A stretch of 63,660 nucleotides of DNA, the filler included, from Hyphochytrium catenoides (Eukaryota > Protista > Hyphochytriomycota), in NCBI GenBank assembly GCA_900088475.1. It is 9 parts of 9 records of this genome, joined end to end, with 100 filler letters (N's around TTAATTAATTAA, not from the genome) between each part and the next. Parts side by side here need not be neighbours in the genome. Positions count along the whole stretch, not along the records: positions 62,336 to 63,660 come from FLMG01000315.1; 8 more parts are not named here. One strand, 5' to 3'. The notes below the pieces were generated by a model. It saw only the letters and a list, made by a program, of their open reading frames with translations. It ran no database searches and was not told the origin of the DNA. Positions 62,420 through 63,660 of the stretch are shown piece after piece; positions within the stretch are counted from its first letter, which is position 1; each line of letters starts with the position of its first letter. A program made the translations under genes and the position numbers.

Positions 62420-63179
62420 CCCTCGCTCTTGTTCTCTTCTTCTGTCTCTTTCTATCTCTCTTTCTTATCCTCTCTCGCCCTATCTTCTTTGCTTCAACTT
62501 GGCTCTTATCTCCACTCTCTCTTCTATTTCCCAGCGCCGTGGGAAAGTCTGTTGTTGCTTCTCTCTCCAAGTCGCGCCGCCGCTATGATGATGGGTAGTC
62601 ATGATGGTCTCCCTTCACCCTCGCCGTCTCTTCTTCTCTTTTCTGTCCTCTCTCCCTTCTTATTGACGGTCAATTGGAAGAAACAAAGAAGAAGAACAGC
62701 CCAACGCATCATCGAGAGGGTGACACATCGTCGAACTTGAAGGATGAAGCAAGTGTGCCTCCTCCTCTATATTCTGTCAGACTTTCTTATCTTTTTCATA
62801 GCTGTTTGCCTTTGGTCCTGCCTTTCTTCCGGGCGGAGTACTGAGAAGAGTCCATGATGATTCTAAGTGCTAAGAAGCCTTAAGATTCTAACCATAGCAT
62901 GTTAGTTGTCTCCTCAGACCTCTTGGAAGACCTGGTCCACTGTCTAGAGTGCTGATCAGATAGAGGCAGACAGTCCGTCAGACGAGAGAACAGTCAATGA
63001 GCGATGGCCAAGGCGCCGCCATTCATAGCGTCAAGCTCTATCATGCTGGAGCTTCAAGAACAAGACAGGCGCTCATCGTCCTTCCTACAGAGCAATGCAA
63101 TGCCACCAGGCGCAGCTCGAATATTTGCCAACAAGACATGCCTCACAGCCAGGAAGAAAGACATCCAAAGGCACCCTTA

Positions 63180-63216
<37 letters not shown>

Positions 63217-63660
63217 CTTTCTGTTGAAGCTCTCTGAACGATAATGACTCTTTCTATTATCTATTAACTTCTTGTTGATAACACTAAGGGGCCTTAGACA
63301 TTGGCAGCACGAACAGACAACTCACCACTTCTCTCTCTCTCCCTCTCTCTCTTTATCTCTCTCTCTCTCCTCTACCTCTACTATTCTCATCGCAAGCACA
63401 GACGCGCCACGCTGCGTGCGGAGTTCCTCCACAGAACCATAACATAAAGTAAAGACGATGGTCGTCCCTCACTCTTATCTCTCTATCACTCAGACGTGCC
63501 TGGCGATGGAAGGGAATGAAATGAGAGATGAGCGACAGCAACAGAGCGCTGAAGACAGCGTCCTGCCTTAGTATGTCTTGACATACTGGTCAGGGATGTG
63601 ATCCAATAGATTTAAACTGCCCAGGATGTTAGTGGGGAAGTTCCCGGCGACTGAGAGGAT

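Noticed and set aside
1183-62570. Numerous RERE/SLSL ORFs in the track
   Set aside because: They are stop-free translations of GA/CT microsatellites and N gaps, mostly intronic or intergenic.
1-63660. CRISPR arrays, rRNA, intact transposase or reverse transcriptase genes, prokaryotic operons
   Set aside because: No repeat-spacer arrays or diagnostic motifs were seen, and the sequence is spliced eukaryotic DNA.

Overview
Eukaryotic nuclear DNA, intron-rich and using the standard genetic code. Protein signatures suggest a stramenopile/ochrophyte-type protist, which is an inference. The window is not contiguous: it is nine pieces joined by eight artificial 100-nt spacers (44 N + TTAATTAATTAA + 44 N), so adjacency across spacers means nothing. 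Most pieces are saturated with (GA)n/(CT)n repeats, and these generate nearly all of the RERE/SLSL ORFs in the track. Splicing by eye at GT..AG gives 15 genes: RPL29, Misato/Dml1, CENATAC/CCDC84, a DYRK-like kinase, a NIPA-type Mg transporter, a PAQR/AdipoR protein, a DUF4211 + MDM2-type RING protein, DDX20/Gemin3, delta-COP, Tctex-1, CCDC137, an intronless DUF3712/Tag1-like protein, COQ2, an RRM + Tgs-like cap methyltransferase and MTHFR. There are also two identical tRNA-Glu(UUC) genes. The best leads are (1) the RRM-fused non-canonical (DPPWGG) cap guanine-N2 methyltransferase, (2) the DUF4211-MDM2-type RING fusion and (3) introns with a polarised 5' (GA)n to 3' (CT)n arrangement that could fold back on itself. 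All identifications come from motif recognition; no database searches were run.
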